A DNA stretch of 64,000 nt. Source: an uncultured Holophaga sp. (GTDB lineage: Bacteria; Acidobacteriota; Holophagae; Holophagales; Holophagaceae). Location: NCBI GenBank assembly GCA_963664825.1, contig OY761614.1:1376001-1440000 (forward strand). The letters are read 5' to 3'. The number at the start of each line of letters is the position of its first letter. Position 1 is the stretch's first letter. Positions 44,155-52,405 of the stretch are shown here, piece by piece. Both the position numbers and the translations under genes were made by a program. The notes under the pieces are model-generated. The model was not told the DNA's origin. It was given only the letters and a program-made list of their open reading frames with translations, and searched no databases.

Positions 44155-44805
44155 CTACTTGAGGAGGCCCAGGACCGTCTGGCTGGCCGAGTTGGCATTG
44201 CTCAGCGCGCTGGTGCCGGCCTGGCTCAGGATCTGCCACTTGGTGAGCGAAACCACCTCGGCTCCGATATCGGCATCCATGATGTTGCTCATCTGGGCGG
44301 TCTTGTTCTCAGACTCGATGCCGTAGAGGTTGGCATTGGACTGGGCCGTAGCCATGGCGCTGGCGACCGTGGCGCGAGCCGTGGCAATGGCGGTGAGCGC
44401 GGTGCTGGCAGTGGCAAGGTCCGTGACGGCGCTCAAGGTTACGCTGGCCTTGGTCGCAGCTGCCAGGGCCAGAGTGCTGGTGGACGACATCTCGGCCGCG
44501 GTCGTATTGCCGCCGGAAGCCAACTCTACGGCTCGCAGCACAAGGTTGGTGGCCTCGTCCAGATACCCATCCTGAGCGGCGGCGGCATAGTAGTTGTTGT
44601 TCTCAATTTTCCGTTTCTCGGTGGCCACGCGGGAATCGGCGCTGAGGTTATTGGCCTGAGCCAGACCGGTGGCGTCATCGGAAGCGCTGTTGATGCGCTT
44701 GCCCGTGGTCAGCCGCTGGATGGTCTTGGACATCCCGGCATTGGTGATGCCCAACTGACGAGTGGCCTGCAGGGCGGAAACGTTATTGAGAATTGAAGCT
44801 GCCAT
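44155..44805 (-). CDS. fliC: Flagellin, unusually short (216 aa)
   Basis: N-terminal RLTTGKRINSASDDATGL; C-terminal SNIMDADIGAEV..LTK.QILSQAG...AN...Q.VL.LL; GGAGG SD. Confidence 0.93.
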   Translation of the reverse strand: MAASILNNVSALQATRQLGITNAGMSKTIQRLTTGKRINSASDDATGLAQANNLSADSRVATEKRKIENNNYYAAAAQDGYLDEATNLVLRAVELASGGNTTAAEMSSTSTLALAAATKASVTLSAVTDLATASTALTAIATARATVASAMATAQSNANLYGIESENKTAQMSNIMDADIGAEVVSLTKWQILSQAGTSALSNANSASQTVLGLLK

Positions 44806-44806
44806 G

Positions 44807-44845
44807 ACATCCTCCGTGATGTGGCTCGGCAGCATCCGTGCTGCC
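44807..44845 (-). promoter_or_regulatory. Two CsrA/RsmA-type GGA hairpins in the flagellin leader
   Basis: GGCAGCA-CGGA-TGCTGCC (44828-44845) and ACATC-ACGGAG-GATGT (44807-44822, overlapping the SD). Confidence 0.75.
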
Positions 44846-44877
44846 TGGTTGATGTGGGGAGTCCCCCGACATGACTC

Positions 44878-44904
44878 TCTTCGGGTAATGTCCATGGCTT
44901 CTTA
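44878..44904 (-). promoter_or_regulatory. Sigma28 promoter for flagellin
   Basis: TAAG-N15-CCCGAAGA with an A9 tract just upstream. Confidence 0.7.
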
Positions 44905-45074
44905 AGCTTTTTTTTTGGGCCAACCAAAAATTCCCGAGCAGTCTGATGGAGAATGATGGGGAATAGACCTCCTCATGGATCTCCTCTTGTTCTGTTCTAT
45001 TGGCGTACACGGGTACGGCTGCCCTCGTTCGCCCGGAGAAGCCTCCGCCCCCCTTACCGGTCCCGGAAAGGCCC

Positions 45075-46958
45075 ATGCCCATGAAACTCCTGGTTGTCAT
45101 CCCCACATGGAATCGCGCGGATTACCTGGATAAAGCCATCAGTGCCATTTCTGCCGCCCGCTCCCGTGCTCGAAACTGCCATGTGGAGCTGTTCGTCTCG
45201 GATAACTGTTCATCGGATCACACCTCCGACGTGATGGCTCGATGGCAGGAGATCGGCCCATGGATTCACTACCTCCGCTGGGAAGAACATACAGGCGACT
45301 GGGCCGAAATTTTGAGAAGGGCCTTCCTGAGCTCTCAACTCGAATATGACTATCTGTGGCTTCAGGGGGATGATGATTACGTTTGCGACACAACAGCGTA
45401 CATTCAGCTCCAAGAAGCCCTGATGACCTACACGGAGAATCCACCGGCCCTTGTCCACTGTTGCCAGGCCCGGCGTTCCCTGCCTGGAGATCGGCGCGTT
45501 CTCGAAGGCAACACCGAAGACCTTTGCAATACCTATGGCTGGCATGACCTGCTCGGCTGGGTTTCTAGCCTCGTAATATCCAAGGGAACTGTCGGCCGAA
45601 TGATGGCCTCTCCCCAATGGGAGACGCCCGCCCCCTCCGCCTTCATCCATTCAGAGGCCCTGCTCGAGGCAGCCTACGGTCGGACCATGCTTATCCTCAC
45701 AGCTGGGCTCATCGACCCCCAGGACGAGCAGCAGACCGCCGAAAGCCTACAACGCTGGGCAGAGGCCAATGTGGGGGAGCGTTACTGGCGCATTATTCCA
45801 GGGCTCCTGAATCTAAGACAGCGTGGCGTTCTGACAACCCCCATGACTCTGGGATTCTTCCGCTACCTCACCGGAACTTTTTGGGATCGCTTCGCAACGG
45901 AGGTGATGTCTCGAGCCTCCATGCCGGACACGCCCGAGGAAGAGCTCCGGAATAAGCTCCGCCTGCTCAGCTTCTTCTCGGTAATGACGGCATCCGGCCA
46001 AGATCAGAAGCTCTACGAGGACTGGTTCGATGGATTCCAGGATGACGTTTGGGAGGTCCGTCGAGCCATTCACTTGATCCAGAAACGCATTGAAGGTTCT
46101 ACGCGCCCTTCCCGCTCCTTCAGTCTCCTCACTCCACCATCGGTCAGTAGCCCAACACCGGCAAAGAATGCCATCCATCCGGAATCAACCCTTAACTGTA
46201 AATGTTGTGGCAGCATATCTTCCTACCTCGGTTATCTTGATTTCAACAAATCATGTTCAGATAGAAATGGACGAGTACTCCCACTGAGTGAAGAAAGAGT
46301 ACCATACTATGGATGTCCAAATTGTGGGTTTGTATTTACAAATTACTGCGATAAATGGTCATCCAATGACTTTAAAGAGCTTATTTACAATAAAGAATAT
46401 TCAAGAGTAGATTTTGACCCAAATATTGCTGACGGGATAGAAGCTACAATATCTTATAAAAACGGAAAGGCTCTGGCTTCATACCTGGATGGAGGCCAGG
46501 GCAAACTCAGGTTGTTAGATTTTGGCGCGGGCGGAAATCCAGGAACAATGGGACATGCACTTATCGACAGCGGATTTGACGTAACATCCTTCGAACCCTA
46601 TTTTTCCGACACTGCAGACACCTTAAAGCTATCCGGCAAATATGACGTCATTTACGCCATAGAGGTTTTTGAACATTGTCACGATCTGCCTGCTGTACTA
46701 AAAATTATAGATAAATATTTGTCAAATAACGGAATTTTATACTTTTCAACACTTTTGCATCCTTTTCCACCTACTGGAAATGTCCTAGACTCATGGTACA
46801 TAGCGCCACGAAACGGACACGTGTCAATTTTTACAGAACAAGCTATTACAACATTATTTAAACAAATAGGAATCAACATAATGCACCACACTCTGGGCTG
46901 GATAGGATTCAAAAATCCACCCAATTTCCACAACGCTTTTTTTATAGACCATGATTAA
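45075..46958 (+). CDS. GT2 glycosyltransferase fused to a class I SAM methyltransferase
   Basis: VVIPTWNR, VSDNCSSD, WLQGDDD; Pro/Ser linker; CKCCG..CPNCG, LLDFGAG, EVFEH; start 45075 or 45081. Confidence 0.85.
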   Translation: MPMKLLVVIPTWNRADYLDKAISAISAARSRARNCHVELFVSDNCSSDHTSDVMARWQEIGPWIHYLRWEEHTGDWAEILRRAFLSSQLEYDYLWLQGDDDYVCDTTAYIQLQEALMTYTENPPALVHCCQARRSLPGDRRVLEGNTEDLCNTYGWHDLLGWVSSLVISKGTVGRMMASPQWETPAPSAFIHSEALLEAAYGRTMLILTAGLIDPQDEQQTAESLQRWAEANVGERYWRIIPGLLNLRQRGVLTTPMTLGFFRYLTGTFWDRFATEVMSRASMPDTPEEELRNKLRLLSFFSVMTASGQDQKLYEDWFDGFQDDVWEVRRAIHLIQKRIEGSTRPSRSFSLLTPPSVSSPTPAKNAIHPESTLNCKCCGSISSYLGYLDFNKSCSDRNGRVLPLSEERVPYYGCPNCGFVFTNYCDKWSSNDFKELIYNKEYSRVDFDPNIADGIEATISYKNGKALASYLDGGQGKLRLLDFGAGGNPGTMGHALIDSGFDVTSFEPYFSDTADTLKLSGKYDVIYAIEVFEHCHDLPAVLKIIDKYLSNNGILYFSTLLHPFPPTGNVLDSWYIAPRNGHVSIFTEQAITTLFKQIGINIMHHTLGWIGFKNPPNFHNAFFIDHD

Positions 46959-47027
46959 TTATTTAAATTATAATTTAGGATACTTTTTGCGGGATCACAC
47001 TTGCGCTGACGCAATTGGGAGCCAATA

Positions 47028-47837
47028 ATGCCTTTCAACGTATGCCAACCCTTCCCCTCCTTCGTAGAACTGACGCCAAGTCGTTATGGCCGCATGCTCT
47101 ACCCGAAGAACGATCAGTACGTGGGACGTTCCTTCAAGGAATACGGAGAGTTCAGTGAAGGTGAGGTCGAAATCTTCACCCACTTTGTCCAGCCGGGGGC
47201 CATCGTCCTGGACGTGGGAGCCAATATCGGCGCCCATACCGTGCCCCTAGCGCAATTAGTCGGACCCGGGGGCGTGGTGGTTGCCTTCGAGCCCCAGCCA
47301 GTCCTACACCAAATCCTGTGTGCAAACTTGGCGCTCAACAGTATCCCCAATACCCTTACGCACGCCATGGCCCTTGGTGACCGCCAAGGCTCCTGTCAGA
47401 TACCCTTCCTGGATTATGCCTCCTCGTTTAATTTTGGAGGCGTGAGCATGGATATGGTAAAGGAGGGAGAAACGGTCCCCATGGGCACGCTGGATGCCTT
47501 CCATTTGCAGCGGATTGATTTCATTAAGCTGGACGTGGAAGGCTTTGAATCCAAGGTTCTGAAGGGAGGCACCAAGACCATCGACCGGTGCCGTCCCGTC
47601 ATCTACCTTGAAAACGACCGGGCCGAGAAATCCGCCAACTTGATTCAACTGCTTTTTGAAATGGGCTATCGCCTTTGGTGGCATCGCCCCCCACTCTTCA
47701 ATCCTGATAACTTCAAGGCCAATTCGGAAAACGTCTTCCCGAACATTGGCTCTATGAATATGCTGGGCATTCACCGCGATCAGAAACCAGTGACAGGCCT
47801 CAGACCCATCCTGACCGCGGAAGATCAATGTCTATGA
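47028..47837 (+). CDS. FkbM-family methyltransferase
   Basis: VLDVGANIGAH, AFEPQ, FIKLDVEGFE, RPVIYLEND. Confidence 0.92.
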   Translation: MPFNVCQPFPSFVELTPSRYGRMLYPKNDQYVGRSFKEYGEFSEGEVEIFTHFVQPGAIVLDVGANIGAHTVPLAQLVGPGGVVVAFEPQPVLHQILCANLALNSIPNTLTHAMALGDRQGSCQIPFLDYASSFNFGGVSMDMVKEGETVPMGTLDAFHLQRIDFIKLDVEGFESKVLKGGTKTIDRCRPVIYLENDRAEKSANLIQLLFEMGYRLWWHRPPLFNPDNFKANSENVFPNIGSMNMLGIHRDQKPVTGLRPILTAEDQCL

Positions 47838-47897
47838 AAATTTAAGATATTCACGATTCCAGCACTAAGGCTGAAATCCCGGAGTTGATCACGGGGT

Positions 47898-49265
47898 TCA
47901 ATCCTTGTCCTTGCCGCCTCCCAGCATGGCCTTGAATCGATTAAAGAGTCCGCCGGATTCCGAGGGATCGATGTCTTCTTCCTTGAGATTGATTTCGGGA
48001 GGAACGGGGACAGATGGGTCGAGTTCCAAGGCCTTCTGATAACAGGCCTTGGCGTTGGCCTTGAAGCCCTTTCGGTGATAGACCTCGCCCATGAGGGCCC
48101 AGGGCTCGGCGGCCCTGGGTTTGAGGCGAGAGGCCACCTGGAGGGCCTCGATGGCCCGGGTGGACCAGGCCGGATTAATAAGTCGGTGCTTGCCAAGCAG
48201 AAGCCAGGGTTCGTAGGCATGCTCCGTATCCGGATCCAGCCTCACGCTCTCCTCCAGAAGCCGGATGGCCTCCACGGTCCGGTCCTGCACCAGCAGAGCC
48301 TTCGCCTTGGCAAAGAACTTCCTCGCCCTGAGACTCGAATTCTCCCCAAGGGCCTCGACCTCTTGCAGGGGGATAGATGGGATCTCCCCATAACTGGGGA
48401 ATGCAACCCCGGGCGCAGTGTCCTCGACCGAGGGCTCCGGCTCAATGCGAGGGGAGAACTCCAGCGGGGGAAGGGGTGGCGGCACCGCAAGGGGAATCAC
48501 TGGGGGCGGAGGCTCCAGCACCAGCGGTTCGGCCACCGGCACCACCTGGGGCATCTCGCCCTGGGAGAGAGTCAGCGCACCCAGGGCCCAGAGGGTCACC
48601 AACAGACGCGCGGCCTCGGCTTCATCCAGGCTATTGAGGGACAGGAAGGTCTCGAAACCCATGGGCTCCCGGCCCAGGAAGGAGAGGGCATAGGCCGTGG
48701 AGGGTGTGAGGGGCAAATCGCTGAGGGACGAGAGGAGATCTGAATGCGCCTCCCAACGCCATTCGCTCTCCTGGAAGAGGAGATCGCAGAGATCGTCCTC
48801 ATTGTGGGCCTCGTGGAAGGTGGTCCAGACAAAGTGCCGGTGGTTTACCTGAAAGCGCAGATCATCACTCAGTTGGCGTTGCAGGGCCCCGGGCTTCCAC
48901 TCCATCTGGATGATGGGATGTTCCAAGGCATGGATCATCACCTGCTCCTGGAGGGAACGCAGATGCAGATCCCGCTCTTCAATCGACATCAGGCCCCATT
49001 GGATGACCTTTTCTCCCAACCGGAAGCGTTCCTCGTTGGCGAGCAGCTCGTTCAACGACGGGAAATCCAGGATCCCCTGGCGTAGCAGGTAGTTGCCGAA
49101 CTGTTCCCCAGCCACATCGCTCTGGAGGTAGATGATGTTCCCGTCCACCCAATAGAGACGTCGACACCCATCGTTCTGCTCGAGAATGAGCGTGCCCTCG
49201 GCCTTCTGCTGACAGAGGGTTCCCATGATGGCGGGCAGGATCTGGGGTGGATCCGGTCGGGTCAC
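47898..49265 (-). CDS. DUF4388/PATAN-like domain protein with Pro-rich linker and C-terminal TPRs
   Basis: GTLILEQ...RRLYWVDGNIIY, QFGNYLLRQG, RLGEKV..WGL; TPR helices; GGAG upstream of GTG 49265. Confidence 0.7.
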   Translation of the reverse strand: MTRPDPPQILPAIMGTLCQQKAEGTLILEQNDGCRRLYWVDGNIIYLQSDVAGEQFGNYLLRQGILDFPSLNELLANEERFRLGEKVIQWGLMSIEERDLHLRSLQEQVMIHALEHPIIQMEWKPGALQRQLSDDLRFQVNHRHFVWTTFHEAHNEDDLCDLLFQESEWRWEAHSDLLSSLSDLPLTPSTAYALSFLGREPMGFETFLSLNSLDEAEAARLLVTLWALGALTLSQGEMPQVVPVAEPLVLEPPPPVIPLAVPPPLPPLEFSPRIEPEPSVEDTAPGVAFPSYGEIPSIPLQEVEALGENSSLRARKFFAKAKALLVQDRTVEAIRLLEESVRLDPDTEHAYEPWLLLGKHRLINPAWSTRAIEALQVASRLKPRAAEPWALMGEVYHRKGFKANAKACYQKALELDPSVPVPPEINLKEEDIDPSESGGLFNRFKAMLGGGKDKD

Positions 49266-49409
49266 AGGTTCTCCGAAAATGGAATTGACGAGTAAATCAT
49301 GCAAATAGTCCTGATATTGACGCGGGAGCGGCCACCCTTGTCTTGGCCCCGCACGGGGTAGGCCGTATTCTTGTTCGTGTTTCCATTTTGCACCGAACCC
49401 GGTGGTTTC

Positions 49410-50921
49410 ATGTTTGAAAAACTTGGCAGATTCCAGATCAAGCGACTCCTGGGGCAAGGCGCCATGGGGGAGGTCTACCTTGCCCTTGACCCCACCATCG
49501 GACGTGAAGTGGCCATCAAGACCATCCTCCCCACGGCGGCTCAAGGGCCGGAGGCCAAGGCGCGTTTCGAGCGCGAGGCGCGGGCCGCGGGGGCCCTGAA
49601 CCACCCTCATCTGGTGACCATCTACGAATTCGGCGAAGACCAGGGCGTGCTCTATATCGCCATGGAATACCTCGAAGGGCAGGATCTGGAAGAGCTATTC
49701 CGGCAGCGGATGCTCAGCCCCAGGGAAGCCCTGGAGGTCTTGGCCCAGGCCTGCGACGGACTGAACTTCGCCCATCGCCATGGCATCGTGCACCGCGATA
49801 TCAAGCCAGCCAATGTGCGTGTGACCCGGGACGGGAAGCGCCTCCACGCCAAGGTGATGGATTTCGGCGTGGCCCGGATCAGCAATTCCGATATGACCGC
49901 CACGGGCATGGTGATGGGCACCGTCAGCTACATGGCCCCCGAATACATCCGCACCGGCAAGCCCGATTCCAGGTCCGATCTCTTCGCCATCGGCGTGATG
50001 CTCTATGAAGCGCTCTCGGGCCGCAAACCCTTTGCGGGAGACACGACCCCCACCATCCTCTACAAGATCGTCAACGAAGCCCCGGAGGCTCTCGATGCCC
50101 GGGCCCTACAGGGCCTCAGCCCGGCCATTCGCAGGGTCCTGGACCGAGCCCTGGCCAAGGATCCCGAGGCTCGCTTCCAGACCGCCGAAGACCTAGCCAG
50201 GGCCCTGAGAGCCGTCCAGGATCCCACGTGGAGAGGCGATGCCGAGGAGGCCACCTCGTACCTCGGGGTCGAGGTTCCGACTGCGCCCATGCCTCTGCCG
50301 GCCGCTCCCCATCCTCGGCACCGATCCCGCACGGCCCTGGCCATCGGCCTGGGATGCCTCGCGCTCTTGGCCGGAGGGAGCTATGCCGCGCACCGGTTCT
50401 TGGGAACCAGGAGGATCCCTTCCAAGGGCATCACACCCGCGATGAACGAGGCCAGCGCCGCCTCCACAGCACATCCCGTCTCAACAATGCCACCCAAGGC
50501 TGTCCACCCCCCTCCAGAATCCCCCCAGGGAACGCCCCCTTCCCGCATCGCCCCGACCCCACCCCCTCGGGAAGAGCCTCAGTTCGCACCCGAGGCCCTG
50601 CGCCGGATGGATGTCCCGGAGCGCAAGAGCCTCAGCAACCTGACCATGAGCGAGGCGATCCAGCTGGCGGATAAGGACCCGACCCGCGCCCTTGAGGGCC
50701 TCCGCAACGCCATTTCAGCCAATCCCACGAACCCCAACGCCTACGCCTGGACCATCGCCCTCCTCTACGAGAACGGCCGCTACTCGGAGATCCCGCCGGT
50801 CTTCGCCAAGGCCCGCCAGCATGGCATTTCGAGGACACAGATGAACGCCAACCTCCGCTTCCGCATGGCCATGAACCGCGAGGCCCTCAACCACAGCCTC
50901 CCTGGCGAGGGGGACCAATGA
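49410..50921 (+). CDS. Membrane-anchored Hanks-type Ser/Thr kinase
   Basis: LGQGAMGEVY, VAIK, HRDIKPAN, DFG, YMAPE; TM segment, Pro-rich linker, TPR-like tail. Confidence 0.92.
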   Translation: MFEKLGRFQIKRLLGQGAMGEVYLALDPTIGREVAIKTILPTAAQGPEAKARFEREARAAGALNHPHLVTIYEFGEDQGVLYIAMEYLEGQDLEELFRQRMLSPREALEVLAQACDGLNFAHRHGIVHRDIKPANVRVTRDGKRLHAKVMDFGVARISNSDMTATGMVMGTVSYMAPEYIRTGKPDSRSDLFAIGVMLYEALSGRKPFAGDTTPTILYKIVNEAPEALDARALQGLSPAIRRVLDRALAKDPEARFQTAEDLARALRAVQDPTWRGDAEEATSYLGVEVPTAPMPLPAAPHPRHRSRTALAIGLGCLALLAGGSYAAHRFLGTRRIPSKGITPAMNEASAASTAHPVSTMPPKAVHPPPESPQGTPPSRIAPTPPPREEPQFAPEALRRMDVPERKSLSNLTMSEAIQLADKDPTRALEGLRNAISANPTNPNAYAWTIALLYENGRYSEIPPVFAKARQHGISRTQMNANLRFRMAMNREALNHSLPGEGDQ

Positions 50922-51619
50922 GCGCCACGTCCACCAGCTTGGAGGGCCGTCTGGGCTACCAATTCCATGACCCCTCCCTGCTGCGCCAGGCCCTGACCCA
51001 CCCCTCCAGCGGCATCCAACCGGATAATCAGCGCCTGGAATTCCTCGGAGACGCCCTCTTCGGGGCGGCCCTGTCATTGCTTCTCTACCGGGAGAAGCCC
51101 CAGTGGCCTGAAGGGGCGATGACCAAGCTGGGCCATCTGCTGGTGAGCACCGATTCCCTGTTCGACTGGGCCCAGGATCTCCAACTGCGCCTCCAGCTCC
51201 CCCCCAAGGCCGACCCCAGCCACCTGAAGACCTCCTTCAGAAAGCCCCAGGCCGATGCCGTAGAAGCCCTGTTGGCGGCCATCTTCCTCGACTGCAACCA
51301 GGTCGGCGAGGACGGGTTCCAAGCGGTCTACAGGCTCATCGAGCACCGCTTCCAGGAGCCCATACGCCAGGCCGGAGCCGATTCCTGGGAGAGCCACGAC
51401 ACCAAGACCACCCTGCAGGAGCGAGCCGCCAGCCGGGGGCTCCCCGCCCCGAAATATGAACTGGTGGAACGTTCAGGACCCGATCACGCCCCCACCTTCC
51501 TGGTGCGCGTCACCGTCGGGCCTCACCGGGGTCAGGCCGCGGCACGCTCACTGAAACAGGCCCAGGCAGAGGCGGCACGCAAGGTGCTGGAGTCGCTGCC
51601 CCCCCTATCCAAAGCCTAG
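50918..51619 (+). CDS. rnc: Ribonuclease III
   Basis: ALTHPS, NQRLEFLGDA, ADAVEAL, dsRBD KTTLQE...GPDHAP.F. Confidence 0.93.
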   Translation: MSATSTSLEGRLGYQFHDPSLLRQALTHPSSGIQPDNQRLEFLGDALFGAALSLLLYREKPQWPEGAMTKLGHLLVSTDSLFDWAQDLQLRLQLPPKADPSHLKTSFRKPQADAVEALLAAIFLDCNQVGEDGFQAVYRLIEHRFQEPIRQAGADSWESHDTKTTLQERAASRGLPAPKYELVERSGPDHAPTFLVRVTVGPHRGQAAARSLKQAQAEAARKVLESLPPLSKA

Positions 51620-51683
51620 TTATCTCCTCAAGGCGGGCCGCATGGGTTAAGATCCGGAGGGTGCGTCAGGGAAAGGTGTTCCT

Positions 51684-52397
51684 TTGAAGGTTTTGCCCAC
51701 CCTCCAAATCCAGAATGGATCACTTCTGCCTCGCGTCGGCTGCGACACAGGCGCTGAGGATCCCATGGAAATCACGGCCTCCCTGCTGGATCGCGGATGC
51801 AACCGTCTCTGCCTGCTGGATGTGGATGCCGCGCGGAACCAGGGCCACAACCGAGAGCTGCTCTCGCGGATCATCCGCCGCTTTCGCCAATCCACGCCAA
51901 GGGTCTGCATCCAGGTCGGGGGGGGCATCCGGAGTTCGGACCAGGCCCAGTTCTTCCTGGACCTGGGCGTCACCTGGCTCCTGGTGGGCACCATCCTGCA
52001 TCGCTCTCCGCTCATCGTGAACCAGCTCCTGGCGAGGTTCCGGGAAAACCTGACCGCAGCTATCGATGTCCGGGATGGGAAGGTCCAGGCCTCGGGATGG
52101 AAGGAGACCATCCAGTTCAGCCCGGAGGAAGCCGCCGCCCGCATCCGAGAGCAGGGCTTCCGCCGCATCCTCTTCTCGGATATCCCAAACGGCAAGGGCG
52201 CCGCACCGGACTTTTCCACCGCGGCCCGGATCGCCGAAGGCGGAAGGCTGCCCATGCTCATGGGTGGAAGCATCTCCGCTGCCCAACACATCGCCCAGGC
52301 TTCCACCGTGCCTGGGATCCAGGGCGTTCTCGTGGATTGCCGGATCGTCCTCCAGGGGCCGGATCTGCTTGATGCCCAGGCTCAGGCCTGCGGGTAG
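51684..52397 (+). CDS. HisA-like (beta/alpha)8 barrel with degenerate active site
   Basis: QVGGGIRS, VGT, AIDVRDGKV..SGW, FSDI; first catalytic Asp position reads Gln. Confidence 0.75.
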   Translation: MKVLPTLQIQNGSLLPRVGCDTGAEDPMEITASLLDRGCNRLCLLDVDAARNQGHNRELLSRIIRRFRQSTPRVCIQVGGGIRSSDQAQFFLDLGVTWLLVGTILHRSPLIVNQLLARFRENLTAAIDVRDGKVQASGWKETIQFSPEEAAARIREQGFRRILFSDIPNGKGAAPDFSTAARIAEGGRLPMLMGGSISAAQHIAQASTVPGIQGVLVDCRIVLQGPDLLDAQAQACG

Positions 52398-52405
52398 GAG
52401 ACCCT

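Noticed and set aside
46190..46990. AT-rich patch as an IS or prophage remnant
   Set aside because: No transposase, integrase or terminal repeats; it is an in-frame methyltransferase domain
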